A stretch of DNA of 63,733 nucleotides, filler included, from Octopus bimaculoides (taxonomy: Eukaryota), in the NCBI RefSeq assembly GCF_001194135.2. It is 4 parts of 4 records of this genome, joined end to end, with 100 filler letters (N's around TTAATTAATTAA, not from the genome) between each part and the next. Parts side by side here need not be neighbours in the genome. Positions count along the whole stretch, not along the records: positions 1 to 20,704 come from NC_069003.1; 3 more parts are not named here. One strand, 5' to 3'. Below are positions 1 to 11,925 of this stretch, one piece after another. The notes under the pieces are model-generated. The model did not search any database, was not told the DNA's origin, and was given only the letters and a program-made list of their open reading frames with translations. Made by a program: the position numbers and the translations under genes. Each line of letters opens with the position of its first letter. Positions within the stretch are counted from its first letter, which is position 1.

Positions 1-204
1 TCTGGCAGATTGGTACAATTCCCTGCTCCCACCGTTCTTCCAGTCCTTCCAAGCCTGTTTCTTTTGTTTAATAGCCCCGTCTACATCCTTGTTCCACCAC
101 CACGTTACTCTGGGTTGAGAGGGGACTTTACACCAGCCACAGATCTGGTCGGTGGCTCTCAACAGGTTGTCCCGCAGAAATCTCCAATTGTCTTCCACGT
201 TGTA
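1..204 (-). mobile_element. RTE-clade LINE ORF2 fragment (region between endonuclease and RT)
   Basis: Minus-strand translation NVEDNWRFLRDNLLRATDQICGWCKVPSQPRVTWWWNKDVDGAIKQKKQAWKDWKNGGSRELYQSAR; the W..N..V..AI..KK..WK.W pattern is typical of the RTE ORF2 linker. Runs off the window start. Confidence 0.8.
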
Positions 205-225
205 TGATATATATATATATATATA

Positions 226-390
226 GGCACAGGTGTGGCTGTGTGGTTAGAAGTTTGCTTCCCAACCACATGGTTTCAGGTTCAGTCCTACTGCGTGATA
301 CCTTGGACAAGTGTTTTCTACTATAGCCTCCGGCCAACCAAAGCCTTGTGAGTGGATTTGGTGGAGAGAAACTGAAAGAAGCCTGTCGTG

Positions 391-435
<45 letters not shown>

Positions 436-515
436 CTTTGTGTCTATGTTTGTCCACCCCTATCATTGCTTGACAACCAGTGTTGGTGTGTTTACGTCCC
501 CATAACTTATGACTC
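226..515 (+). mobile_element. tRNA-derived SINE, family A (dominant family in the window), 3'-truncated
   Basis: Head ggcacaggtgtggctgtgtggttag (A box) and ggttcagtcc (B box), then cttggacaagtg, gtgagtggatttgg, an internal (TG)n and cttgacaacc...gtgtttacgtcccc, shared with many other copies here. Confidence 0.85.
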
Positions 516-537
516 AAACAAGCAAAAGATAAAAGAT

Positions 538-569
<32 letters not shown>

Positions 570-570
<1 letters not shown>

Positions 571-715
571 AAGCCTCTGATGGAGACCTAGGAAGACATG
601 GAACAGATTACTGAAGTCCGATCCCGATCTCAAAGATGCTGAGATGACAAAGGAGCAGGACATTTGGTGCTTTGCTGTACTCATGAAGACCCATCCACCA
701 CAACAAATTTGATAT
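570..715 (+). mobile_element. RTE-like LINE 3' end relic
   Basis: gagacctaggaagacatgg translates as RPRKTW, followed by a degenerate D..W..AV..KT segment, resembling the RTE ORF2 C-terminus. Confidence 0.5.
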
Positions 716-1147
716 CTTAAAAACCATCTTGGTAATGCTTATCTGTGAAAGGCTCTGCCCCTCTCACACTGCCACCGTCCCTGGTCCCCGACTCGTCAAC
801 CTTTCTCCTCCACCACCACCACCACACTAATCATCTCCTAAGACTGATCCCTTCTTTATCACCTGATAGCAGAATAGGCACATACTACATCCTCGTGGCT
901 TTCTCAGTTACCTCTCTTCCCCCCACCCCAAATCACTTCCATTTCCTCATTATCTTCCCTTGCTTACATCCCATACTGCTTCAGTCATGTGATCATTATA
1001 CTATGGTAACAACAACACAACCAGCCAAAGAACAATACCTATATAGCATCACTCAACCTATTAGAAACAACAGCAAAATCTCCCTCAAAAACCATCTGAC
1101 CATACCATTAAAAAAAAAAAAAAAGAATCAAAGATATTAGACATTGT

Positions 1148-1530
1148 AGGTGCAGGCATGGCTGTCCGGTAAGAAGCTTGTTTCCTAACCACATGGTTCC
1201 AGGTTCAGTCCAACAGCATGGCACCTTGGACAAGTGTCTTCTACTATAGCCTCAGGCCAACCAAAGCCTTGTGAAAGGATTTAGAAGAAGCCCGTCGTAT
1301 GTATACATCATCATCGTTTAATGTCCGCCTTGTGTGTGTGTGTGTGTGTGTGTGTGTCTCCCATCACTTGACAACCAATGTTAGTATATTTACGTCCCTG
1401 TAACTTAAGTTCAGCAAAAGAGACTCATAGAATAAGTGCCAGGCTTAACAAAAAAAAGTACTGGGATCGATTCATTTGACTAAGATTCTTCAAGGTAATG
1501 CCCCAGTATGGCCATAGTCTAATGAGAGAA
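1148..1530 (+). mobile_element. SINE family A, near full length
   Basis: Same head, body and tail motifs as the 18930-19325 copy. Confidence 0.8.
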
Positions 1531-1920
1531 AGCACTAAAAAGAGAAGAAATAAAATGTGTTGTCCTACAATAACGTGGGGGTAGTCACAATTGGAACATA
1601 TTTGATCATAGGTCTACTCAACCAGAGCTGACCTGAGGTTAAACAACAACAACAACAACAAAAGTAAAAAAAGGGTTATTTCATAAGCTGACCTCTTGTA
1701 AACATGTGATCACCTTCTTCATGTAGTCCTTCTGGCATTCATAGGGTTTAAACGGGAAGTTTATATTCACCCCCATCACATTCAGTAAAGGCATGATGAT
1801 GCTTGCTGAGAGATCTAGATGAGGAGGAGAAAGGAGGAAACAAGAGGTGGGTGGACACTGAAAAACAAAAGAAAAAAGGTAAAGAAATAATTATAACATT
1901 TATTAGTGAAAGACACAATA

Positions 1921-2218
1921 TTAACCCTTTAGTATTTAAACTAGCCATACCTGGCCCAAGTGAAGGCGCATGGCTCAATGGTTAGAGCATCAGGCTCACA
2001 GTCATGAGGTAGTCTTTTACCTGGCCCAAATACTCTACTAGGTTCATGTCCAAATGGTCCAAATCTAGTCTCTCATATCTACCTTACAATGTCAGTCTCA
2101 AACTATATAATCACATCACTGATATCTTGAAGCTACAAGGTAATGCATGATTAATTCAAAACAATGTAAATAAATAAGCATTACATTTGACAGCGAAATA
2201 TGAATGCTAAAGGGTTAA
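1921..2218. mobile_element. piggyBac-type MITE (TTAA target site)
   Basis: Bounded by TTAA-ccctttag and ctaaaggg-TTAA. Internal sequence is shared with copies at 2446-2670, 9597-9792 and 36103-36311. Confidence 0.75.
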
Positions 2219-2255
2219 TACCGAGATGTAATATTTATCTCTACTCAGACAATGA

Positions 2256-2445
2256 TGTTCTGTTAGAACAAACTATACTTTGGTAGTTACCACAAGAGAA
2301 CCTCTCCTATTGGCTTTTGATGCAAAATGTACTCTTGTCTATATTACTAATGGGGAGATAAATCAAAAGTGTATTTTGCACCAAAAGCCAATAGGAGAGG
2401 TTCTCTCATGGTAACTACAGCAGTATAGTTTGTTCTAACAGAACA
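2256..2445. repeat. Fold-back element with ~80-bp inverted arms
   Basis: Left arm tgttctgttagaacaaactatact...gagaacctctcctattggcttttgatgcaaaat is the reverse complement of right arm attttgcaccaaaagccaataggagaggttctc...agtatagtttgttctaacagaaca, with few mismatches. Confidence 0.85.
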
Positions 2446-2670
2446 CCCTTCAGCATTTAAACTGGACATATCTGGACCAAATATTCTACTTGTTTTATGT
2501 TCAAACTGGTTATATCCAGCCTCTCACACCTATCCTGCAATTTTATTCTGAAAATAAACAATCGTATCATTGAAATCTCAAAGCCACAAAATAATGCAGG
2601 ATTAATTGAAAACAATATCAATAAATAAGCATTACATTTAAACAGAGTAATCTAAATAGTAAAGGATTAA
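2446..2670. mobile_element. piggyBac-type MITE, second copy
   Basis: cccttcagcatttaaactgg ... taaaggattaa; colinear with 1921-2218. Confidence 0.7.
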
Positions 2671-2749
2671 GTGGAGATAAATTATAATATAGTACAGGAT
2701 TTTATATATCATCACCACCACCACCACCACCACCATCATCGTCATGCTT

Positions 2750-2960
2750 CCCACCACCAATGCCACTACCCTCATTTAATGTGTTCCATAGTGGAACAGG
2801 GTGAATGCTTTGATAGAATAAGATGGATATGAGAACTGCATCATACTCCAATGTCTGCTTTGGCATAGTTTCTATGGCTGGATGCCCTTCTTAATGCCAG
2901 CCAATTTACAGCATCAACAGGTTGCATTTTAGTAGCACCAGCACTAATGAGGTCACCATG
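2750..2960 (-). mobile_element. RTE 3'-tail-derived short element
   Basis: Reverse complement of ...ttaagaagggcatccagcc(a)tagaaac... ending in a (GAT)n-like tail. Confidence 0.6.
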
Positions 2961-3029
2961 GAGCTTGCAAGAATAAGGTTCTCCATTAACTGAGCAGCAA
3001 CCACAAACCAGAGGGGAAGGCAGCTTCAT

Positions 3030-3400
3030 GTCAAGTGATGAGAGGTTACAAGAAAGGGTGGGAGCAATCGAGGCAGAGCTGCAAAGAGAGATAAAAATGG
3101 TGCTTATAAGGGTTCAGGGTGGACTCTATGATGGTGGTGGTGGTGGTAGCAAGGGGTGGGGTGTAAGCAGCCTCCAAGGAGGCTGGATAAAGATACCAAG
3201 GATTGTATGGAAAGAGTGGAGGATAGCAAGCGATAGAGTAGGGGTGGAAATATACTAAATGGACAAGGGTCAAGAGGCAAGAGGGAAGACGATGATAAAT
3301 GTCAGTTGAATCGAAAATAAAGGAGAGTTTCCTGGACATGGATTTATGTATCCTTTGAGAAGCTACAATCCTCTGAGTAACAACAGTTATGTAACTTATA
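3030..3400 (-). mobile_element. Penelope-like element relic (post-RT region)
   Basis: Minus translation LSFIFDSTDIYHRLPSCLLTLVHLVYFHPYSIA resembles the PLE pattern L.FLD...TD.Y.KPT....L...S.HP...SI. Highly degenerate. Confidence 0.45.
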
Positions 3401-3529
3401 AACTGCCTACCCACACACACAAGTGTAGCCTAATGGTTAGGGTGTTGCCATCATGATCACAAGATTGTGGGTTTGATCATCCATCCGCTCCTCAAAGGAT
3501 CTGTCTTGCAAGTTATTTGTTGATCTCAA

Positions 3530-3975
3530 TGGTGCTGATGCCATATAAAAAGCACCTAGACCACTCTGTAATGGCTGGAATTAGGAAGGGCATCCAGCTG
3601 TAAAAACCATACCAAAGCAGACATCACTGGTGCTGCTGCCATGTGAAAAGCACTGAGTTCACTCTGTAAAGTGGTTGGTATTGGATGAGGCGTCCAACCT
3701 TAAAACTATGCCAAAGCAGACCTCCCTGGTGCAGGTGCCATGTAAAAAGTGTCCAATACACTTTGTAAAGTGGTTGGCATTGGGAAGGGCACCCAGTCAT
3801 AAAAACCATGCCAGTCTTCACTATAAAGTGGTTGGCATTAGGAAGGGCATCCAGCCATAAAAACCATGGCAATATAGATAATGGAACCTAGTGCAGTCCT
3901 CTGGCTTGCCAGCTTCTGTAAAGCAATCCAATCCATACCAGCATGGAAGACGGACATTAAACGATGATGATGAAT
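3530..3975 (+). mobile_element. RTE 3'-tail element with four tandem copies of an ~100-bp unit
   Basis: The unit containing (g)tggttggcattaggaagggcatccagc is repeated four times (3570-3860), then cagcatggaagacggacattaaacgatgatgatg. Confidence 0.7.
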
Positions 3976-4545
3976 CATACACCAGCATTGTGTTGTGTCT
4001 TGAGCAAAACACTTCATTTCACTTTAACTCCAGTCTACTAAACTATAAAGGGATAACCTGGTGAAAAACTGGCGTTCCATTCAGGAGGAATGTTGACCTG
4101 CCTGCCTAGCTAGTGGGGTGGCATCACTTGAAAGACACAACAATGCTAGGAAGCGCATTGAAACCAGTGCTGTATAACAACATTTAATAGTCTGGCCAAT
4201 AGTAATACACACACAAACACACACACACATCACTAATCTAGAGGAAGATGCGGTGTGTTCCACGTGCCCCAAAATGAGTGAGACCGATGCTGTTATTTAT
4301 CCTTCTTCGACAGGGCGCCAGCTTCAAGGTGGGACAGAATTGCAAAGGGGTGATGTCATGAGGCAGAAGGACCGTACGCAATTGTTTGTGTGGGGGTGCA
4401 TCAGGGAGAAACAATATGGAGATGAGAGTCACAGTCATGAGTGACGAGACTAAGAGTCACGTGTGCCTGAGTAGCAAAAGTCACAAGACCAGCCGCCGAT
4501 TTTACACATACGTATGTATCTAACAATATTCTGCAAACTTCATTT

Positions 4546-4576
<31 letters not shown>

Positions 4577-4738
4577 TCGCAAGTATATGTGTTAGTTCGA
4601 ATCATACATATTTGTACATACACATACACACGTACAATAGCAAGCATATATAAACGCTCTCATACATAAGCATACGTTATAGGTGGTCTAACACATACGT
4701 ACGCATCCAGAGACTGTCATATACATTGCATATATTAT

Positions 4739-4785
<47 letters not shown>

Positions 4786-4937
4786 TATATACATACATAT
4801 TTTAAAATCTGTCTCAAGCCAGACACTCATTAGGTGAAGCTTATCTCAGTTTCTGTGACATAAGCAACAGAGAGCATATGACCATCCTGAAAGGGTCACC
4901 AGCCCATCACAATGTATATATATATATATATATATAT

Positions 4938-4976
<39 letters not shown>

Positions 4977-5219
4977 TACACGCGTGTATATGTATATGTA
5001 TATATATATATATATTTATATTCATACTTCTGTATAAATAGAAAAACTTACATGTACACATTTTGTATATACGCACATACATTCAGATAGATAAATAGAC
5101 AGGCAGCTAGCTAGATAGATAGCTAGACAGACAGACAGAGATAGAAAGATAGATGTATACCTTAATATGCAAACATATTTATACACATAAAAACATAAGC
5201 ATGTACATATTTATATTAA

Positions 5220-5312
<93 letters not shown>

Positions 5313-5412
5313 AAGCATATTTAATTAAAAGACATATTTGCACACACACACACACACACATATATATATACATATATATATATATATACATACATATTTA
5401 TATATATATACA

Positions 5413-5457
5413 TACATCTGCATTTAATTACAATATATATTTAAGCGTATGTATGCA

Positions 5458-5488
<31 letters not shown>

Positions 5489-5613
5489 GCAGGTGAACAC
5501 ACACACCGCATTTAATTACAATACATATCTATGCGTATGTATGTATGCACATATATATATATATACACACACACACACACTGCATTTAATTACAATATAT
5601 ATTTACGCGTATG

Positions 5614-5646
<33 letters not shown>

Positions 5647-5688
5647 CGCATTTAATTACAATATATATTTATGCGTATGTATGTATGC

Positions 5689-5729
<41 letters not shown>

Positions 5730-5735
5730 AGTGAA
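5413..5735. repeat. Minisatellite, four units built around gcatttaattacaatatatatttatgcgtatgta
   Basis: The core occurs near 5420, 5508, 5582 and 5649, separated by variable (TA)n/(CA)n. Confidence 0.85.
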
Positions 5736-6618
5736 CACACACATACATATATACATACATACACAGACACATACCCACGCATGCATGCACGTGCTCATAC
5801 AAAGGTAACACATACAGTAGCTATGATGTTACAAAGAGGTGCGCGTGACTTGCAGTGCACTGAAGCATAATTGTATGCACTCAAAAATTCTATATACATA
5901 CATACATACATACATACACATACATATATATATATATATGCATTATATACACACCCTCACATACATTGTAAGTAGTTGATGTAAATGTGTGTAGGTGTAT
6001 ACATGTAGAATGGGCGAAAAAATATTTTAAAAAAGGTGTCGAGATATTGAAATGAAATAGAAGATGGATTTGCAATCGATTTTCAACGATGCACATTTAG
6101 TTATTTGATCACCCGGACTACCTACTTGTCAATTTGATACATAGGTGGTTGAGTATTCCATAGTAGTTACGTACCCTGAACATAATGTAATTCTCCAGAT
6201 GAATCAGCCAGTGTTACAAAGCATGTGATATAATCGAACTTTTGAAATTAGTAGGGGGGGAAGGGGTTACAAGCCATCCAAAGGGCTTCCTCTCAGTTTC
6301 CGCCTACCTGATCATACAGACAAAGCTTGGGGGAGATGGGGGGAAGGATAGAGGTGTTGGTAAAAGACTTTGCTCCCCGCTTCACCTCTCAAGATGCCAT
6401 GCAGTGGAACTGGACCAGGTGCTTTATGGCTATGAAGCAAATCTCTTAACCACCTGCCTACACCCAACATGCACCTTACAGATTACTGTACACTTGAGCG
6501 AGTGGGTGCATAAAGAACATTAAAGGCATACATACGTATATGTACATGTGTGTTATACAAACATATACATATATATGCATAAAATGTATGTATATTAAAT
6601 TTTTAATATATATGTATT

Positions 6619-6690
<72 letters not shown>

Positions 6691-6719
6691 CACATACACA
6701 CACACACACACACGTATAT

Positions 6720-7053
6720 ATTCTTTTATTTGTTTCAGTCGATTGACTGTGGCCATGCTGGAGCACTACCTTTAGTTGAGCAAATCGACCTCAGGACTTA
6801 TTCTTTGTAAGCCTAGTACTTATTCTATTGGTCTCTTTTTGCCGAACCGCTAAGTTACAGGGAAGTAAACACACCAGCATCGGTTGTCAAGTGATGGTAG
6901 TGGTGGTGGGGGGACAAACACAAGCACAAAGACACACAAACATATATATGACGGGCTTCTTTCAGTTTCTGTCTGCCAAATCCACTCACAAGGCTTTGGT
7001 TGGCCCAAGGCGATAGTAGAAGACACTTACCCAAGGTGCCACATAGTGGGACT
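6720..7053 (-). mobile_element. SINE family A, truncated by gap
   Basis: ttcttttatttgtttcagtc...ggccatgctggagcac...aaatccactcacaaggctttgg...ccaaggtgccacatagtgggact is the reverse complement of the family A tail and body. Confidence 0.85.
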
Positions 7054-7216
7054 NNNNNNNNNNNNNNNNNNNNNNNNNNNNNNNNNNNNNNNNNNNNNNN
7101 NNNNNNNNNNNNNNNNNNNNNNNNNNNNNNNNNNNNNNNNNNNNNNNNNNCTGTGCACATAGGAGAAAGACACGATGGTCATAATATTTACATCCTATTA
7201 TCAATAGCTTGATATG

Positions 7217-7435
7217 TACAAGGAGGTGCTAAAAAGTCCCTGGCTTTGGGCAAAAGAAATTACAGGAGGATCAGTTAATTATGAATTTATTCAACATATT
7301 CCCCTCTCAGATTCACACATATTGTAGCTGTCCTTCAGTTTTTCTAAGCCCTGTAAAAGAACTCAGAAGGTTGGGCCTACAACCAGGCCTTTTGCAACAC
7401 TCTTAAAGCCACGAATTTTTCAGCACCCCCTCATA
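7217..7435 (-). mobile_element. Mariner-derived MITE (~220 bp)
   Basis: TIRs ta-caaggaggtgctaaaaagtccctggcttt and aaagccacgaatttttcagcaccccctcata with TA ends. Carries the transposase C-terminal codons on the minus strand. Confidence 0.8.
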
Positions 7436-7521
7436 CACCAGAATTCAATTTCAACAAAGAATCTTTCCACACTCTCTCAAAGGCTTATAAATTCTTATGA
7501 CATCATCAACACAGTCCTATG

Positions 7522-7742
7522 TACGAGGGGTTACTGAAAAGTTCCTGGCTTTGAGAGTATCATGAAAGGCCTGGTTGGAGGCCCAACCTTCCGAGTTCTT
7601 TTACAGAGCTTAGAAAAACTGAAGGACTACTGCAATAAGTGTGTGAATCTGAGAGGTGGGTATGTTGAATAAAATTATAATTAACTGATCCTCCTGTATA
7701 TTCTTTTACCCAAGGCCAAGAACTTTTCAGCACCCACCGAAT
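7522..7742 (+). mobile_element. Mariner-derived MITE, inverted relative to 7217-7435
   Basis: TIR tacgaggggttactgaaaagttcctggcttt. Internal tgcaataagtgtgtgaatctgagaggtgggtatgttgaataa = CNKCVNLRGGYVE*, matching the mariner C-terminal KC..L.G.YVE motif. Confidence 0.8.
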
Positions 7743-7774
7743 GTATGTATATATATATATATATATATATATAC

Positions 7775-8017
7775 ACTTATTACTCTCTTTTACTTGTTTC
7801 AGTTATCTGACTGTGGCCATGCTGGAGCACCACCTTTAGTCAAGCAAATCGACCCCAGTACTTATTCTATCAGTCTCTATTGCCGAACCGCTAGGTTNNN
7901 NNNNNNNNNNNNNNNNNNNNNNNNNNNNNNNNNNNNNNNNNNNNNNNNNNNNNNNNNNNNNNNNNNNNNNNNNNNNNNNNNNNNNNNNNNNNNNNNNNNN
8001 NACACATACATACATAC

Positions 8018-8066
<49 letters not shown>

Positions 8067-8238
8067 CACACCCACACATATATACGACGGGTTTCCATCT
8101 ACCAAATCCACTCACAAGGCTTTGGTCGGCCCGAGGCTATAGTAGAAGACACTTGCCCAAGGTGCCATGCAGTGGGACTGAACCTGAAACCATGTGGTTC
8201 GTAAGCAAGCTACTTATCACACAGCCACTCTTGCGCCT
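7775..8238 (-). mobile_element. SINE family A spanning an N gap
   Basis: Tail motifs at 7780-7897; head motifs at 8085-8238 (reverse complement of ggcgcaagagtggctgtg). Confidence 0.8.
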
Positions 8239-8528
8239 ATATATATATGTATTATATAGAAGAGAAAGAGTTTAGGCTACTGGTGATCGAAACTAATAGG
8301 TATGCAGTCACCAATGATAGAATACCTAATATATGGAACTGTGGATCAACACATTGATCCATTACATGGGATTATCCCGGAAATAGATGTAAGACACAAT
8401 TATTTATTTTTGCTTACTTTGCTCCACCATTAAACCGATTTAAATGAACTGATAAGCTTGTCTTGTCTTGAATTTGCGTCCCTTTTCTTTAAATTATACA
8501 CAGACAGAGAGATAGATAGATAGATAAA

Positions 8529-8780
8529 TATGATGGGGAGTGCCAAAAAGTTCCTGGCTTTAAGGGTATCATGAAAGGCCTGGTTGAAAGCCCAACCTTC
8601 CGAGTTCTTTTACAGGGCTTAGAAAAACTGAAGGACTGCTGCAATAAGTGATGGGAATACACTGAATGAGATGGGAATACACTGAATGAGATGGGAATAC
8701 ACTGAATGAAATCATAATTAACGGCTCCCCCTGCATATTTCTTTCATCCAAAGTCAGGAACTTTTCAGCACCCCATCATA
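8529..8780 (+). mobile_element. Mariner-derived MITE with an internal 20-bp triplication
   Basis: Same TIRs as 7522-7742; gatgggaatacactgaatga occurs three times at ~8650-8710. Confidence 0.8.
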
Positions 8781-8999
8781 TACACCTATACAGTACCAGA
8801 CCACTTATCCCGGCTTCCAGAAATCCAGGAATATTGTGTAATATGCAAGATATAGTACCCTGTATTGAGTAAACAGATCCAATTATAAAAGTTGGTTAAT
8901 TTGCATAAGGTGTATTAAATATTGCTTTGTTCTTTACATTTCAAAATGGATTGATAAGGATTAAACATACTCTACTTTACAACAGAATTAACCCTTTAG

Positions 9000-9600
9000 T
9001 ATTATCTTCTCTACAGCAGCACACCCGTTTCTGCCCTCATTCCTGATCACTTTCTCTCCCTCCTTCACTTGCTCTATCTCTTGACTAGGTAACCATCTAT
9101 CTCCTTTACAGCTGCACACCTGTTCCTGCTCTCTTTTTTGTTAACTCTCTCTCCCCTTTCTCTCTGCTTGGGTAATCATGTACCTCCTCTACAGCAAGAC
9201 ACCTGTTTCTGTCTCTCTTTCACACTCTAACCTTTCATTATCTGACACAAGATCACCTCCTCCAATGCCCAAAGATTCCGTACCTTGGAAGTTACTTGGG
9301 GACACTATCAGTGCTAGGGGCCACTTAAAAAGCATCTAGTCCACACTGCAAAGTGGTTAGCGTTTCGAAGGGCATCCAGCTGTAAAAACTTAGCCAAAAT
9401 TGCCCTCGCCTGTGCTGGTGCCACATAAAAAACACTCAGTTCACTTTGCTGGGTGGTTGGTGCTAGGGATAGTATCCAGCCATACAAACCCTGCTGAAAC
9501 AGACACAGTAGCCTGGCAGAGAGTCTTCTACCTGGCTGACTCTTGTCAAACCAATGCCAGCATGGAAGGCAGATGTTAAACAACGATGATGAAGATGATT
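9000..9600 (+). mobile_element. RTE-tail-derived element with three diverged ~90-bp pyrimidine-rich units at its 5' side
   Basis: tacagc.gcacacc.gtt.ctg units near 9012, 9105 and 9190, then gaagggcatccagctgtaaaaac ... cagcatggaaggcagatgttaaacaacgatgatg. Confidence 0.6.
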
Positions 9601-9792
9601 CTGTCAAATGTAATGCTTATTGTTTTGAATAAATCATGTATAATCTTGTAGCTTCAAAATTTCAATGCTGTGACTGTTTATTTTTAGAATCACATTGTAG
9701 AATAAGTACAAGAGGCTGGATCTGGCCATTCTAAACATAAAATAGGTAGAATATTTGGGGTGGATATATGGCTTGTTTAAATGTTAAAGGAT
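9597..9792. mobile_element. piggyBac-type MITE, reverse orientation, one TIR lost
   Basis: Reverse complement of 1921-2218; ends ...taaaggattaa. Confidence 0.65.
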
Positions 9793-9814
9793 TAATTTGT
9801 ACCTGCATCATTAT

Positions 9815-10450
9815 GTTTTACTTGTTTCAGTCATCAGACTCTGAATATGTTGGGGCACCGCTTTGAAGAATTTTTCTCAAACAAATCGACCCCAGTACTT
9901 ATATTTCTTTCTAAAGCCTGATACATAGGGTAGGTGTGAGAGGCCGGATCTGGCCAGTTTGAATATAAAACATATTTGAGCTGGATCTGGCAGGTTTAAA
10001 TACAACAGGGTTAATACTCAGACTATTCCTGTCTGTAATTCACATAAAAGTAAAAAGGTAAAGTTCCCGAGTCATATTGACTCATAAGGGCTGGATTCCT
10101 GGTTTCCATGGCGTATGTGTTACCCAAACAAATCTACCCCAGTACTTATATTTCTTTCTAAAGCCTGATACTTATTCTATTGATCACTTTTGCTAAACCA
10201 CTAAGTCATAGGGATGTAAACACACCAACACTTGTTGTCAAGCAGTGGTGGAGGACAAAAGCAAACACACATACAAAGATATATATATATACGTACATAT
10301 ACACAATGAGCTTCTTTCAGTTTCTGTCTGCCAAATCCACTCACAAAGTTTCTGTCGGTTTGAGACTATAATAGAAGACACACTTATCCAAGATGCCATG
10401 TGGAGGGGCTGAACCTAGAACCATCAAGTTGGGAAGCAAACTTCTTATTG
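9815..10450 (-). mobile_element. SINE family A interrupted by a 200-bp composite insert
   Basis: Tail at 9815-9924, remainder at 10125-10455; a 47-bp segment is duplicated at both sides of the insert. Confidence 0.7.
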
Positions 10451-10468
10451 CACAGCCACGACTGCACT

Positions 10469-10510
<42 letters not shown>

Positions 10511-10529
10511 CACACACACAAATCAAGTG

Positions 10530-11000
10530 GCCAATGACAATACTGCCTGATTGGCACTCGTGCCAGTGGAACGTTAAAAGCACATCCGAGCATGATTGTT
10601 GCCAGGGCCACAAATTGGCTCCCATGCCGGTGACACGTGAAAAGCACTATTTGAGCGTGATCGTTGCCAGCGTCACCTTACCGGCACATGTGCTGGTGGC
10701 ACGTGAAAAACAACATTCAAATGGTCGTTGCCAGTGCCGCCGGACTGGCTCCCATGCAGGTAGCACGTAAAAAACACCTTTTGAGCGTGGTCATTGCCAG
10801 AACCACCTGACTGACTCTCGTGCCGGTGGCATGTAAAAGCACCCACTATACTCTTGGAGTGGTTGGCGTTAGGAAGGACATCCAGCTGTAGAAACTCTGC
10901 CAGATCAGATTAAGCCTGGTGCAGCCTCTAGCTCACCAGTCCTCAGTCAAACCGTCCAACCCATGCCAGCATGGAAAGCGGATGTTAAACGATGATGATG
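10530..11000 (+). mobile_element. RTE 3' UTR-type element with five ~65-bp tandem units
   Basis: Units gtgcc.gtggcacgtaaaaagcac...tttgagcgtggtcgttgccag, then ggagtggttggcgttaggaaggacatccagc ... gcggatgttaaacgatgatgatg. Confidence 0.8.
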
Positions 11001-11925
11001 TTATATATGGACTTAAAGATTGATCGCAGTTTAGCATATAATTTAGTTACTGCCGTTTACTATTAATACTGATACAATCTACATAGGTTTATATGTCTGT
11101 TGTAGTTTTATTCAAGTTAGTGTTTAATCCTGCCTATGTATTGATTGATTGTAATAATTTGGTTACTAAGCATCTTCTTTTATATTACACTACGGAAGAC
11201 GGTAAGGATTATAATTTTGTATGACTTAATAGAGTTGTCGCTGTTTAGTTACGTATTCAAGAGTGCTTGTAATTTACTTATGGAATTTATTCATTGATAT
11301 GGTTGTACACTGGGTAAATGTGTTTGAAAGTTGTGGTTTCTTTGGTTCGTTTGTTCCCAAACAACACTTATAGTAGTGCTGCTGTTCACACAATGGTGAA
11401 CTGTTGGTGAATTTCAGGAAGCATGGAAATTTTGAAGGATGTAGTGTCTTGACAGCTAACAACTGTTGCAGGTAGTTCATTTCATGTTTCAGCAATTTTG
11501 AGCATGAAAAAAATGTATCTGAAAGCAACTTGCAAGACATACCCCCTCAAATAAGGGTGCAGGTAGTATTCATCAAGGTGGCTTTGTGTCAGATGCCAAA
11601 ACATTAGAGCAATGTTTCCCAACCCATTTTTACCTATGAACCCCTTGGATTCTTATTTCACTCAGGTGGACCCTCTGAGCTATTCGATGTTTAAAAAATC
11701 CTATATTCTTATAATTAACCCCTTGGGATTCAGATCATTCTGTCAAATGAAATCCTTATTTAATCACACTTTCAGATGAAAAATGGTTAGAGTGTGAAAG
11801 AGACAGAAACAGGTACCTTACTGTACAGGAGGTACATAATTACCTAGCCAGAAATGTGTGTGTGTGTGTGTGTGTGTTATATTACTTTCGATTGCATTGT
11901 TATCCTTTCTCCATTTCTAACAAAA

